Origin: Albugo candida
Lineage: Eukaryota
DNA length: 64,000 bases
Direction: 5' to 3'
NCBI GenBank assembly: GCA_040437565.1
Contig: JBDOQK010000073.1
Location: 1 to 64,000, forward strand
Numbering within the stretch: position 1 is the first letter of the stretch; each line of letters starts with the position of its first letter. The position numbers and the translations under genes were made by a program. Shown here piece by piece: positions 10,605-23,600 of the stretch. The notes beneath the pieces were generated by a model, which had not been told where the DNA came from, searched no databases, and worked only from the letters and a program-made list of their open reading frames with translations.

Positions 10605-11604
10605 ATGAGACCGCATATAAATGCGAGCCAATTCGCGCTTTTGCATCGAAATGCCGTCGCCATAACACCGCACGCGCGTGTGTTATCGACAAAAAGTAAG
10701 AAAGCGCATCCAACAAAACGCTTTTTCACCGATTTTCGATTCCGCGAGTACGTTCAGAATGATTTCAAGTCGTGGATCCAAGGAGAAGTCATTTTCATAT
10801 CGCTGTTCCTAATATGCGGAATTACCGGCGTTTACATCTATAAGGTAGTCGTCAGAAAGCGCCAGAAAGCAACGAACTCATCGCTGAAACTTCTATTCAC
10901 AGAATCGAGAAAACACGCCCGTAAAACGCGTCCAAAAGCTCTTCTCGCATGCTAAAGAATGCGCGGACCGCGATGAGCGTCAGAAAGCGTTGCATGACTG
11001 CCTACAAGGGCTCTCCATCATACGCGAAACAAACCCTCAAGGTGAGATCTTTTATCCCATCTCAAACAGCGCTTCAACACCTTTTAGATCGTCATTTATT
11101 TTCCGTCTCGTTTGGTATCGCCGCACAATACGAAACACTTGGAAACCGGTATGCGGCAATACGTCACTACCTCGAAGCCCTGCAATCGATCGATTTTTTG
11201 AGCGATTCAAATGAGAAGATGAAAAACAAAGTCGTGGCAATGGACCGAATTGCACAGTGCTATGAGGAATTGTGAGTCGTATATTTGCGATCGCCTCTGT
11301 TTGAACGTAATGTATGCTTAGAAACGAATTCCCGGCGGCAGAAAAGTATTATCGTCAAGCTTTTCAGCTATATGAGTCTCTGTCAAAAACGACTTTAGAC
11401 TTGGATCAACAGATTTCCGGGCTCGTGTACAACTATGGCCACTTTTTATGGAAACGTGGGCGATCAGAGGAAGCGCAACAGGTCCTTCTACGAGCCAAAG
11501 ACCTCGCAACAAAAGCCGATTTAGCGAGAGAGTATGTCGAAAAGATTCAAAATACTTTGGAAACGGTCCGCGAGGAACAAATTCAAAATGGAAAGGCATC
11601 ATAA
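10605..11604 (+). CDS. TPR-repeat protein with N-terminal TM, possibly mitochondrial; exons 10605-10844, 10903-11041, 11088-11271, 11322-11604
   Basis: Three GT-AG introns join the track's ORF pieces in frame. It has a basic presequence-like N-terminus, the TM VIFISLFLICGITGVYIY and TPR helices (AEKYYRQAFQL; VYNYGHFLWKRGRSEEAQQVL). Confidence 0.8.
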
Positions 11605-11626
11605 CAACACACTTTGTATGGATTTC

Positions 11627-14600
11627 TCAATGCACGTCGCTATTTTCCAAACTCACTAAAAAGCTTTGTATTTCCTTCGCGCGAGACTTCCATCGGGTCG
11701 AGCAATCGCGAGGCTGATTGTGTTCGGGTACGACTGCAAAGGAGCGATGATCGAACATGTATTGGTACGATCGGATCAGAAGCTCAACGCAGTGAGAAAT
11801 GAATTTCGGGTCCGTGATTTCATCGATTTGCGATTCCATGCGACAAACGCCAAAAAGCAGTAATACGATACTTTGTCCGATGTCGCACGTCTCCACAAAC
11901 TTTGATGACACATGGACCACACGTTCTCGCGGATTGTAAAAAAGATTGGTGGAATTCGCCAACGTATCGGCTTCAAAGAGCGTCAGCGAAGTGAGATCCT
12001 CAGTCATACTTTTGACCATAAAGCGAAAGTATTGAACCGATTCTTTGAGCTGATGCGATATTTTGGAGAAATCGGTTGGAATCAGAAAGGAACTGTTCTC
12101 AATGCGTTTCACGTGAAGAGTGTGGTGATTGCATACTTTTGCGAGCTCTTTGTGGACGTGACACTGATACTCTTTGAAGGAATCGCGAGAAGCTTTCGAG
12201 TCGATGTGTGGCCGTGCGTCACGCGTTGTCTCTTTGAGAGTCATTTCGGATCGCAGTAAACGCTCTTTCTCGGCGAAAGCTTTCCAAAGCGCTTGCTTCT
12301 CCTCTTGCAATCGATTTTCAAGTCGTGTGATTTGAAATTGCTGGCGTTCACACAACTTTTCACGCATCATTTTCCATTGTACTTTCTTGTCTGCAGAATT
12401 GGTATTCGATTTCTCCCACACGCTGTCAAATGCTTCCGACTCTGTTTCCAGCAATGCATTCCATCGGTCGCTCTGTGCTTTCATTTCATTCCCAAATGCG
12501 ATTTCCAAAGCTTCGACTTCTCTTTCAACATTCACACGCAATGTCTCTATTTCCACAGCAACGCTCTTCTCCGCGTCGCACGCCTCAGACATCTGACACG
12601 CATCGCCACTCGTTGTCTTCCATTCGACTGTTCTGTTGTTTGTATACTTTCTCAGGAAATCGACTTCGCTTTGGTGTCGCTCTCTCATTTCTGTGAATTC
12701 AATTCCAAATGCCACTTCCATTTTCTCATCGACTTGTGCTTCCAATCGCTTCATTTTCTCATGAAAAAGCGTATCGATGTCGGAAAGTATCGCTTCCATT
12801 TCCGACGCTGTGCTTTGACTCAAAAGTCGTGTTCTCACTTCCGTTCGTTTCTCTGTCAAATCCTTCAACATATTTCGATGGACGTTCTTCTTTTCAGCTT
12901 TGTGCTTTGTGTACATCGCAGCGACTTCCGACTGATGAAACGGATTCAGAATCAATTCAATTGCCAGCTCTATCGACAGCTTTTCCGGCACAATATTCCC
13001 ATTCATCAAACGCTCGAGTGTGCAGAGATACGACTCCATTCGCTGATCGGAAGACTCTGTGCGCATCGCTTCATCAAAGGGAATACGCTTCCATTCAATC
13101 GCATCAATCGCTTCTTTGGCCGCTTGGAACCTCAAAAGCAAGTCATCGGCTTCCATTGTGTGCGTNNNNNNNNNNNNNNNNNNNNNNNNNNNNNNNNNNN
13201 NNNNNNNNNNNNNNNNNNNNNNNNNNNNNNNNNNNNNNNNNNNNNNNNNNNNNNNNNNNNNNNNNGCCGCGAATCGTTCGAGCTCGTTGGCTTTCTGCTG
13301 TTTCCGCTGAGCGATCGCTTGCGCTTTCACTGTAAGCGCTCGTAAATCTTGTTGTTGTTTTTCACGGATCAACGACCACGCTGCAGCTTCGTTTGCTTCG
13401 ATACTCGCTTCAAGTGCCTGTTCTTGGTCTTGAAACTCCTTTTCCAGGGATCCTTTTGCGTCTTCGATGCCAATTGGAAGCACAGATACCATTTTCTTCT
13501 CTCTTCGAACTCGAATTCGATCCTTTAACGCATGCTCTTGTCGTTGTCGTTCACTCTGTAGCTCCTTCCTCAGCTTCTCTGCCTCCTGTTCGTGCGCGTC
13601 TTTACAGCGACGTAAGAGTTGTTCCATTTCTTCAGGTGATTTCTTCTCCTCCAAAATCGATTCAAAAGTCTTTTTCTTCGTCTCTGTCGACGCGAATGAC
13701 ATCTCTACGGCATTATTCGTTCCCTTCCATTGAATGGCAAATGTCGTATCGATCGCACGCTGCATCGCCTCTGCTTTTGCTCGTTCCAACTGACACCATC
13801 GAATACGATCGATGAGAAGCTGTTCCGTAGCTATTTGCGACTTCCATTCATCCGTTTCCTTCTCTTCCGCCGACGCCATTTCCTCCTTCTTCACGTTCTC
13901 TTCCACAACGATTTTATTCATTTTGAGCTTATGTCTCTGTCGTTTTTCGGCAATTCGCTGTTTCAATCGATTCTCACCGTTCTTCTGATCGATTCGTAAT
14001 GTTTCATCGAATTGCTGACGCTCACGTAAATGCACGGAGCGTATTCGATCCAATTCCTCTTGAGCTTTTATCTCTTGTGCTTGTGCTTGTTCCTTTTTCT
14101 CTTTGGCAGTCGATAAGGCTTTTGCGTGCAGACTTTGCAAATTCGCTTTATGAGATGCGTTCAACTGCTCCCATGCATTTGCTTTGTGTGTTTCTTCTTC
14201 CTCACGCATTTGATCGGATTCGTTTGCATCATACAATCGAATTCGTTCCGTGCGCATTTCACACAACTTCAAAGCCAATTCGTCTTTTTCAGCGTCGTAC
14301 ATCGCAATGCAATTTCGTATGTCTCCATCGACGTCACTGATCGTTTGCTGTACGAATTCGGTCAGCGATTTCGTTGCGTTCGATAGAAATGCGTCACAAT
14401 CCGTTGTAAGGGATGCATTCTCTTCCTCAGCGATGCGATCGATTGCGTCGACTTGTTCGTTGATCTCACTCGTTCTCACACGCTTTTGAATGCGTTCACG
14501 GAGCCTTTCCTTTCGGAGAATTGCATCCGCGTGAATCTCTTTCTGTTGTTCTCTCAGCGCTTCTCTTTGTGTCGCTGCCAATTTGCGTATCTCTTCTTCC

Positions 14601-17600
14601 ACAAAACCGCTCGGATCACGTAGTTTCATAGCTTCACTGCCATGACCACTGATGAGTTCCGCAGCGATCCGTCGGCTTTCCGCTTTGACAGTGTTCTCCA
14701 TCATTTCATCGATCCATTTCTGTGTCTTTGCGTCGTGGCTTATTGGAAAAAGCTCTTTTTCTCGCATACTTTCCAACGTTTCGCATAACGCGTTTTGAGA
14801 TATTTCACGCTCTGTCAGTAATTGAAATGTCATTTGACGCGTTCGCTCTTCCAATTCGAACGCATACGCATCGCGCGCCTTTTCCATTTCACAGACAATC
14901 GCATCATTTTGAATGTTTTCTGTCGATTGAATTCTTTGAATCGTATTTTCAAACTGTTTTTTGCAATCGAAAATCAAATGCTCCCAATCTTTCAGCGTTT
15001 CTCTCACAGCGTTTGCGATCATCTCTTTGCACAGAGTCTCTTCCGTGCATTCGTTGTCGGTTCCATAGACCTCGTAAGGAGTCTGTCGCTGTCGCAAAAG
15101 ATCGAAATACGGGCTCTCCGAATTCGATACTTTTTTCCACAACGCATTTTCCGAAAACAAAACACACGTTTCGTCGATCGATTCGTCTTCCCATTCTCTC
15201 TCTAATTCGTCCAATTCTTTCCGATACTCTTCTTCGATCGCTTCTGCTTCTTCTTTGTACCTTTGATCCAAAATGTTGTCGTCCGTTTTCGATGTCATTC
15301 CCACAGAAGCGATACGCAAAGCATTCGTTTCATCGCTCTTCTCCATACACACGAGAGCGTCACGCGTCTCTGTGAGCCACGACGTATCCCCAAGAAGAGA
15401 ATCAGCTTCTCGAGGCGTTACTTGAGCCTTGAACACCAACGAGGAAAGCATCTTTCTGATCTCTTTGATCTCTTTTTCGATCGACACTCCAAGTGAGACG
15501 CCTTCACGAGCGATCGATTGTTTATCGCTTTGCTGATTGACGTCGTAAAAGCTCTTCAAACGCTGTTGGAATTCGTTCATTGCGTGTGTTTCTTCGTCTT
15601 TGATCGCTTCCAATTCGCTTTTCCGACGCTCCCATTCCTTTATTTTCAATAAATCTCGTAGCAGGAAAGTAAGTCTCTTCTCTGTTTCTTTCTCGGCATT
15701 GCTCGTTTGCATACTCTCCACACACGCGAAAACACGTTCCATTTTGTCGATTAGCTTTGTACAATGCGCGTCGACTGCTTCCGCTTGCGTGTCCATCGCA
15801 TTGCGTGACACTTGCATTCGTTCATATGCTTTCTTGACGCTTTCCATCGCATCACATTCTTTCCCGTCGTCCAAACTCTCCAAAAGCTTTGCGCATATCG
15901 CATCAAAAACAGTGTCCGTGAGCTTCTGTCGATGTTCTTCCGTCATTTGCAATGCTGAAAGCGTCGAGCGAGCATCCATCGCGTCCTTTAGCTCTCGTAG
16001 CGCTTTTCTTCCTCGATCCATTGTCCTGCTTTCTCGACCGCTTCCGTCTTCCACGACGTCAAGGGCGTGTCCTTTCATCGATTCCGCGAGCAGTGTACGC
16101 GCGAGATCTCCAACGTTCCAATCGCTTTTTCGTGGCATTCCTTCGATTCCAAAAGCCTTTTGCACGTTGTCTGTCGATTGTATCATCCGATCCAACATCT
16201 CTCGTTTCTTCACGCGATATCGTTCCCTCTCATTGAGATCCATCGCCGCCGTATCCTTCCAAAACGATACGAGCGCGTTCTTCGACGTATCGACGCGCAC
16301 GAATTCATTCCTTTCAGCGATTCTCAGCGACACGAAACTCTTTGCAGCGAGCCATTGGATCATTTCATTTCCCAAATGTATTCTTTGCAACTCACTTTGG
16401 AGGAAATGTCTCATTCCCAATAAACCGTTTTCAACTGTTTTCGTGAATGCATTTCGACCATTTCGCATCTCTTTCGACTGTTTCCAATACGATCGATTCT
16501 CTTCATACGTTTCTGCATCCTTCAAAGACTGCGTGTCCGCATACAAAGCCACCACATCGTCTGTTTGATTTCCATTTCGATACGTTCCTTCCATACACTT
16601 TTGCGTCTTCCATCGCTTCCTATGGAACACATATAACGCCATAATGACACTTGCCAGCAGCACGAAAAGCCCAACAAGCAGCCCGGCAATAAGACTCCAA
16701 TCGGGTGCGACGATAATGTCAGCAGCGCGTACGGCTCCAATAGCGATGAGATTCTGCTCATTCAATGGGACAATTGGCGCTTCCACGGGACATATCGTTC
16801 CTTGTTGCATCACCGAGACAATCGTACGCGCTTCGGAATTGCCGGACGATCCGAATACGTACATTCCCGGGTCCGTAAATGTGAATGCAAAGACAGACAC
16901 CTTCGAAGCATTGCTATCGATTCGCATTGCTACTTCTCGGAACGCGCCATAATCGAAATGTGGATTCGTATTGAGCATCGAGTCTTTCAGGTACATTGGA
17001 TACGACACACGTCCGAAAGAAGAGATTCCATGGCGGAGATCGAATGCGATTCCTCCGCCTGAACGAACACAAACGATCGGATTGAAAAGTAACGATTTCT
17101 GTGACGTGGAAAGTCTTCTCCTTTTGCTTTTCATATCGAAAGGGATGTCGTACGAGCCTGCGAGTCCAAAAGTATCGAGCACAAGTGTATGCAATGGACA
17201 CTCGTCGTCTTTTCCACACGAAACCTTTGCGATCATTCCATCGTTTTCCATGTCGATACGTTCCTGTGACTTCGGATCGTACAGCTGCAACTGCTTCGTA
17301 GTCGCATTCACAGCAAGTCGTACGCTTTCCCGTCGACATTGTGCGTCACAAATGTCATCGAGAACGCTTTGTTGTTCGCATTGACAGACTCCTGCGCTTT
17401 GTAATAAGACTCCACTGCCTTTTGGACACACACGCGAGCAATCGGTCATGGAGATATCCACACAGGTTCCATTATCGGCTCGAATTTGTGACGTTGTGCA
17501 TCGATCATACACGATCGGCTGACAGTCGATATCGCTGTCTTGATCGCTTTGAAACACGCCATTCTCGTAATATTGGAATCCTGGCTCACAAGTGCATGCT

Positions 17601-20600
17601 CCATCGCTTCTTTGGAACGCACGATGACTTCCTTTGCATTTGCATTGTACACCGCCGGGAAGTAATGTGAATGAGCTTCGAGAGCACGGGATACAATTCG
17701 TTGCCGCCGTGTTCATTTGATACGTTCCAAGAGGACATAAAAGGCAATCTGAATCGTTTCCAGCGGTTTCTTTCGGCTGATACGTTCCAGCTGGACACGC
17801 GATTGCCTGATGACTTGCTTGCGGGCAGAAATACCCAGCAGGACATGGATACCCGTGGTCGACGTCGACGTCCATAGGCGCTTTCGACGTTGTGCCACCC
17901 AAACAGATAAATCCTCGCTCGCAAGATGTGCATTCTTTCTGGAGATACGTGTCGGCATACGTTCCCTTTGGACATTTCTCACACGATTCCAATGGTGTTG
18001 AGTAGCTTCCATTCGTAGGCGTGGCTCTTCCAATCGTTCCCAATGGACACGGAAGTGGGAAATCGCTATTTCCCGGACAATAAAAGCCGCGTTGACAACG
18101 TATTGGCGTCGCTGAACCGAAAGGACAAACGTATCCGCGAGGACAATTCATTGGAAGCCAACTGTTGTACGTGCAATAGAATCCTAAAGGACATGGAAGC
18201 GGTTGTCCCGATCCAAGCGGACAGTACGTCGAGGAAGGACACACTTGCGGTCGTGAGGCTCCTTGCGAGCAATACGATCCTTCCGGACACTGTACACATT
18301 CGTCGATTCGTTTTGCGCCATCGAATTCGCCATACGTTCCATCGGGGCACCAATTCGGCGTGATCGCGCCACGTACGCAGTAGGAACCGCGAGGACAGCG
18401 ATACGAATCCATATCGATGATTCCAGTGTCATTGCAAAGTCTTCCTGCGTTGCATTCGCGACAATCTTGTCGTTGTGCTTTCCCAATTTCATTGTTATAC
18501 GTTCCCATCGGACATGCGATGGGAAGTGTTCCGGAACGACAATAAAAGCCTTTCGGACACACCCGCGTCCTTGCTCCATCCGTGCAATCCATTCCGTCAG
18601 GGCAAGGCTCACAGTCTTGCATCTTGACTCCATACCGCGTGAGACGAGCTGTTGTGCTCGGACACGGCANNNNNNNNNNNNNNNNNNNNNNNNNNNNNNN
18701 NNNNNNNNNNNNNNNNNNNNNNNNNNNNNNNNNNNNNNNNNNNNNNNNNNNNNNNNNNNNNNNNNNNNNTTTCATTGTTATACGTTCCCATCGGACATGC
18801 GATGGGAAGTGTTCCGGAACGACAATAAAAGCCTTTCGGACACACCCGCGTCCTTGCTCCATCCGTGCAATCCATTCCGTCAGGGCAAGGCTCACAGTCT
18901 TGCATCTTGACTCCATACCGCGTGAGACGAGCTGTTGTGCTCGGACACGGCAGAGGATCCATAATGCCTTCGGGACAGTAATGTCCTAATGGACATGCGC
19001 CTCCTTCATCGTCTGATTCCTCAGGAAACGGTGACGAGTTGTGTTTCCTGCAAACGTAACCGGCAGCACATGCGCCTGCAATTCGTCCATTCACACAATA
19101 GTTTCCAGCGGCGCATCGCGTGCATTGAGATGGTTCAGCGAGTCGCGTGTCATTTCCATACGTTCCGCTCGGACACGGAAGCGGACGATGCGTTCCTGCG
19201 GGGCAATAACTTCCATAAGGACATACTTGTGGTGTGTGCGTATTCGCGACGCAATACATTCCTTCCGGACATTCGAGACACTCGCCTTGCTCGATTGGAT
19301 TGAATGTTCCTGGAGGACACGCAAGTTGTTGTCCAGCGCCTTTGGGGCAATAGAAACCGCGATGACACGCATGTCCAGTGATGGTATCGGTTGGAGATGG
19401 AAGAGACGCTCCTCCGAGACACACAAAGCCTTTCTCACACATTCCGCCAGTCGTATCATTTGGCATCGATGTTTTCGCTCCCAATTGACAGTAAAATCCA
19501 TTCGCACAACGTCCTGTCGGTGCATCGGTTTGTCCATTTCCATTGCAATAAAATCCTTCGGGACATTTCGTACAGCTCGCTGCGTCAATAAGACGCGTGT
19601 CATTTCCAAAGGTTCCCGGCAAGCACGGGAATAAAGTGTTTCTTGTTGTGTTGGCGGGACAATAAAAGCCGCGAGGACACTCTTCCGGTTGAATCGTTCC
19701 TTCCGTCGAGCAGACGTATCCCGCGGGACATTCTTTGCATTTCAATGCACCTTTTGCGTCATTAAAGCTTCCACGCGCACACATTGTTGGCGACATCGAT
19801 CCAAGTGCACACGCAGCTCCTCGAGGACATAACAACGTCGCTTGCGTATCGTTTCCTGGGCAGAAATATCCTTCCGGACATGCATGAAGAGGTCGGATGA
19901 TACCGGACGCATTGCAGATGAATCCTGGCGTACATGGACGACATTCTTCCTCTTTTTGGAGTTGTGTAATGTCCGAATACGTTCCTGGAGGACATGGAAT
20001 CGGATGACTGCAATTCTCCGGGCAGTAGTGTCCTTGTGGGCATACATTTCCAATCGTTCCAAACCCATTCGATTGCCCCGTTGGTGTCGGCGTATACGCT
20101 CCCTGGATGCAGTAAAAGCCGGCTTGACACGGAAGCGATCGCTCGATATCCGAGGACGTGCAATATCTTCCCGCAGGACAAGTGAATGGACGTGATGAGC
20201 CTTCCGGACAATACGATCCCATCGGACACGGACCTCCCGTTAATGTGTTTGCAATCGGTGTTTTTGAAGTGGATCCTCCGCTGCAGTAAAAGCCTAATGC
20301 ACAAAGCCCCACCGGTCGTATCGACGCGTACGTGTCGATAAACGTCCCACCGGGAGCGGACGTGCATTGCGCTTCACTCTGAAGCTTCTCTGTGGCGCCA
20401 TACGTTCCACGCGGACACGGATTCGCATTCATTGACGTCGTACCGCTTGGGCAAAAGTATCCCAACGGACAAATGTGTGCATCGAATGTGATACTGTTTT
20501 TCGGACAAAAGTATCCCGCGGGACATATGGCACATTCCGAGGCTCCCATTTCATTTGCATACGTTCCCATCGGACACGGAAGCGGTTCAGTGGTTCCTTT

Positions 20601-23600
20601 GGGGCAGAAAAAGCCTTTCGGACACGAATTCCCGCCAATTTGAATCGCATCGTTCACGGAATGATTCGTCACGCCGTACGTCGGTGTCGCATCGACATTT
20701 CCACGCTTGCAAAAGTACCCGGCATCACAGCTTCCTTGGACATGTGTCAATGCTGTAGTTGCACAATACGCGCCTTCTTCGCAAAGTGTGCATTGTGTTT
20801 CCATTTCGAGTTTGGTTGTGTTCGCATACGTTCCCATCGGACACGGAAGCGGATGTGCGGTTCCTAACGGACAGAAATGGCCTTTTGGACATTCCATTTC
20901 GCTGACAGACGCATTCTTTCCGTACGGCGTCATGGACCCTAACGAGCACATAAATCCCGCAGCACAAAACCCTGTCATTTGACTCAATCCCAACGTCGAG
21001 CAATACATTCCAAACGCACACATTTCGCACTGCTTCTCTTCCGACAGCGTTGTACGACTGCTCCATGTTCCTATCGGACACGGTTGAGGCTGTTTTCCCG
21101 TTCCAAACGGACAATAAAAGCCTACAGGACAGTTCGTCGGCAATGTCGTATTCCCATCGCAATAGTATCCTTCGGGACACAATGCGCACACTGCGTGACC
21201 TCCGGGGGCTTTTGCATACGTTCCTTCCGCACATTCGATCGACCGAGTGGATCCTTTGGGGCAATACGAGCCTGGAGGACATTTCCCATTGCTTCCATCG
21301 ATACGCGTCGATCCCAATTCGCAATAGAATCCTTCCTCACAGACACCGGAAGGTGCGATGAGCGCTGTGTCATTACAATACATTCCGCCGGGACATAAAG
21401 CACACGCTTCGATGGTACTGCCTCTACTTGCGTTTCGGAAGGTTCCACGAGGACACGCTGATGGCACCAATGCGCCTTCAGGACAGTAGTGACCTCGAGG
21501 ACATGGGAATCCACTTCCGTCATTACCATTCGGTGTCGGCGATATGGAAAACTGGGAGCATACGTATCCCTCCGCACAGAAATCCGTCGGTGTGGTGCGT
21601 CCGATTCCATCACAATACATTCCCACACGACACGGCGTACATTGCGTGCTGTCTATCAAATTGGTCGAATTACTAAATGTTCCCATCGGACACGGAAGCG
21701 GCCAAATACTTTGTGACGGACAATAATACCCACGAAAGCAATTCAACGGCGTGATCGTCGCTATTGTCGGGCAAAAGGTCCCTTCCACACACACGAGACA
21801 CTGTGTACTCTTTGCCATCGGACTGTAATACCCCAAAGGACACGGAAGCGGTACGCCGAGTCCTTTTGTCGTAAAGTATCCGGCAGGAACGAGCATGGAA
21901 TCGGGTCGTGTGGCACCCGGAGGACAGTAATATCCTTCCATACACTCTCCCGTGATGTTTGTCTGTCCACTTTGTTGGCAGTACTTTCCTGCAGGACATA
22001 CGTTGCATTGATCTTCCCTTTGTAGTCCCATGGAATCGCTTATTGTTCCTGCAGGACACGCGGTAGGAAATGCTGTTCCTCGTACGCAATAAAAGCCTTT
22101 GGGACATACGCCTGCGTTCGTATCATTGACGAGCGATGGTGTCGATGTCGTCGATCCAATGACACAAAAGTAACCAGGCTCACATGCTCCAGTTGGACGT
22201 ACCAGCGCTGTAGCGTCACAGAATCGACCTGGAGGACATCGTGTGCATTCCTCGCGCGTTTTCAGTTCGATGTCCGATGAGAATGTTCCAATCGGACACA
22301 CAATCGGATTGGAAACGCCAATGGGGCAATAGTATCCCTCGGGACATGTGCGTGGCATCGACGACGCTTGTGGACAGTATTTCCCGGCAATGCAAATGGA
22401 ACAATCGATGACACTCGCTCCTTTTGTTCGATTGAGATACGTTCCCAAAGGACATGGGAATTGATTGAAAGTGGTCGATCCACGCGGACAATAAAAGCCC
22501 GGAGCACAGATTCCCGTCGGTAGAATCGATGCAGCGATACTATACATTCCTTCGGGTGTCGCGATGCAATCTTCCAATGCGTCTTGTCCGGTGAGCGGAT
22601 TGAACGTTCCTGCAGGACATGCGATCGGAAGAGGAGTTCCCTTTGGGCATACGTATCCCATAGGACACGCGTCGATTTCCGCGTACGGCTCGTGATCCGT
22701 TCCACTCGGACAATACGTTCCATTAAAACACTTTCCGTACAGAAAACCGGAAGGTTTCCAACTCGAGAGTTCCATTTCCATCTGAATGAATGAAGTCGTA
22801 TTACTCGCACAAAAGCGTCCAGGACGACATGGAAGACATTTCTCTGCGTTTGCCGATGAGAACATTCCAACGCCACAGGGAAGCGGTCGCACAGACGATA
22901 ACGGGCAATAGTTTCCAGCTGGACACGACACACACGACGGCCATACACCGGGTCCAGCGTCCTTGCTCTTATGGCGTTCCGCGTAGGTTCCTCCTTTACA
23001 AGGTATCGGTGTCGTCGATCCTTGCGGACAATACGTTCCCATCGGACATTCTTCGCATTCGTCGACGTGTGAGATGTCTGTTTTCGCGGTGAAATACCCG
23101 CTGGGACACGGGAATTCCGTCGGTGAAGACGTTCCTTGCGGGCAGTAATGTCCCGACGCACAATTTCCATCGATACGATCCTTTCCGCCGACACAATACA
23201 TTCCGTTCGGACAAATGTCGCACTCTTGTTCATTTGCGAGATTTGTTTGACTCGTATACGTTCCAGGAAGACATGGGAATTGTGTCGCATACGCGGTTTG
23301 ATTCGGACAATAATGACCCAACGCACACATTTGCATTGGCGTTGCATCGCCTCCCGTTCCAGACACACACGCATGTCGTTGGGGACACACAGTGCATTCC
23401 TCCATACGTATGAGATCGTTTCGATTCGTATACGTTCCCGCAGGACACGCGAGTGGAAGGACTGTTCCNNNNNNNNNNNNNNNNNNNNNNNNNNNNNNNN
23501 NNNNNNNNNNNNNNNNNNNNNNNNNNNNNNNNNNNNNNNNNNNNNNNNNNNNNNNNNNNNNNNNNNNNGCGTCCTTGCTCTTATGGCGTTCCGCGTAGGT

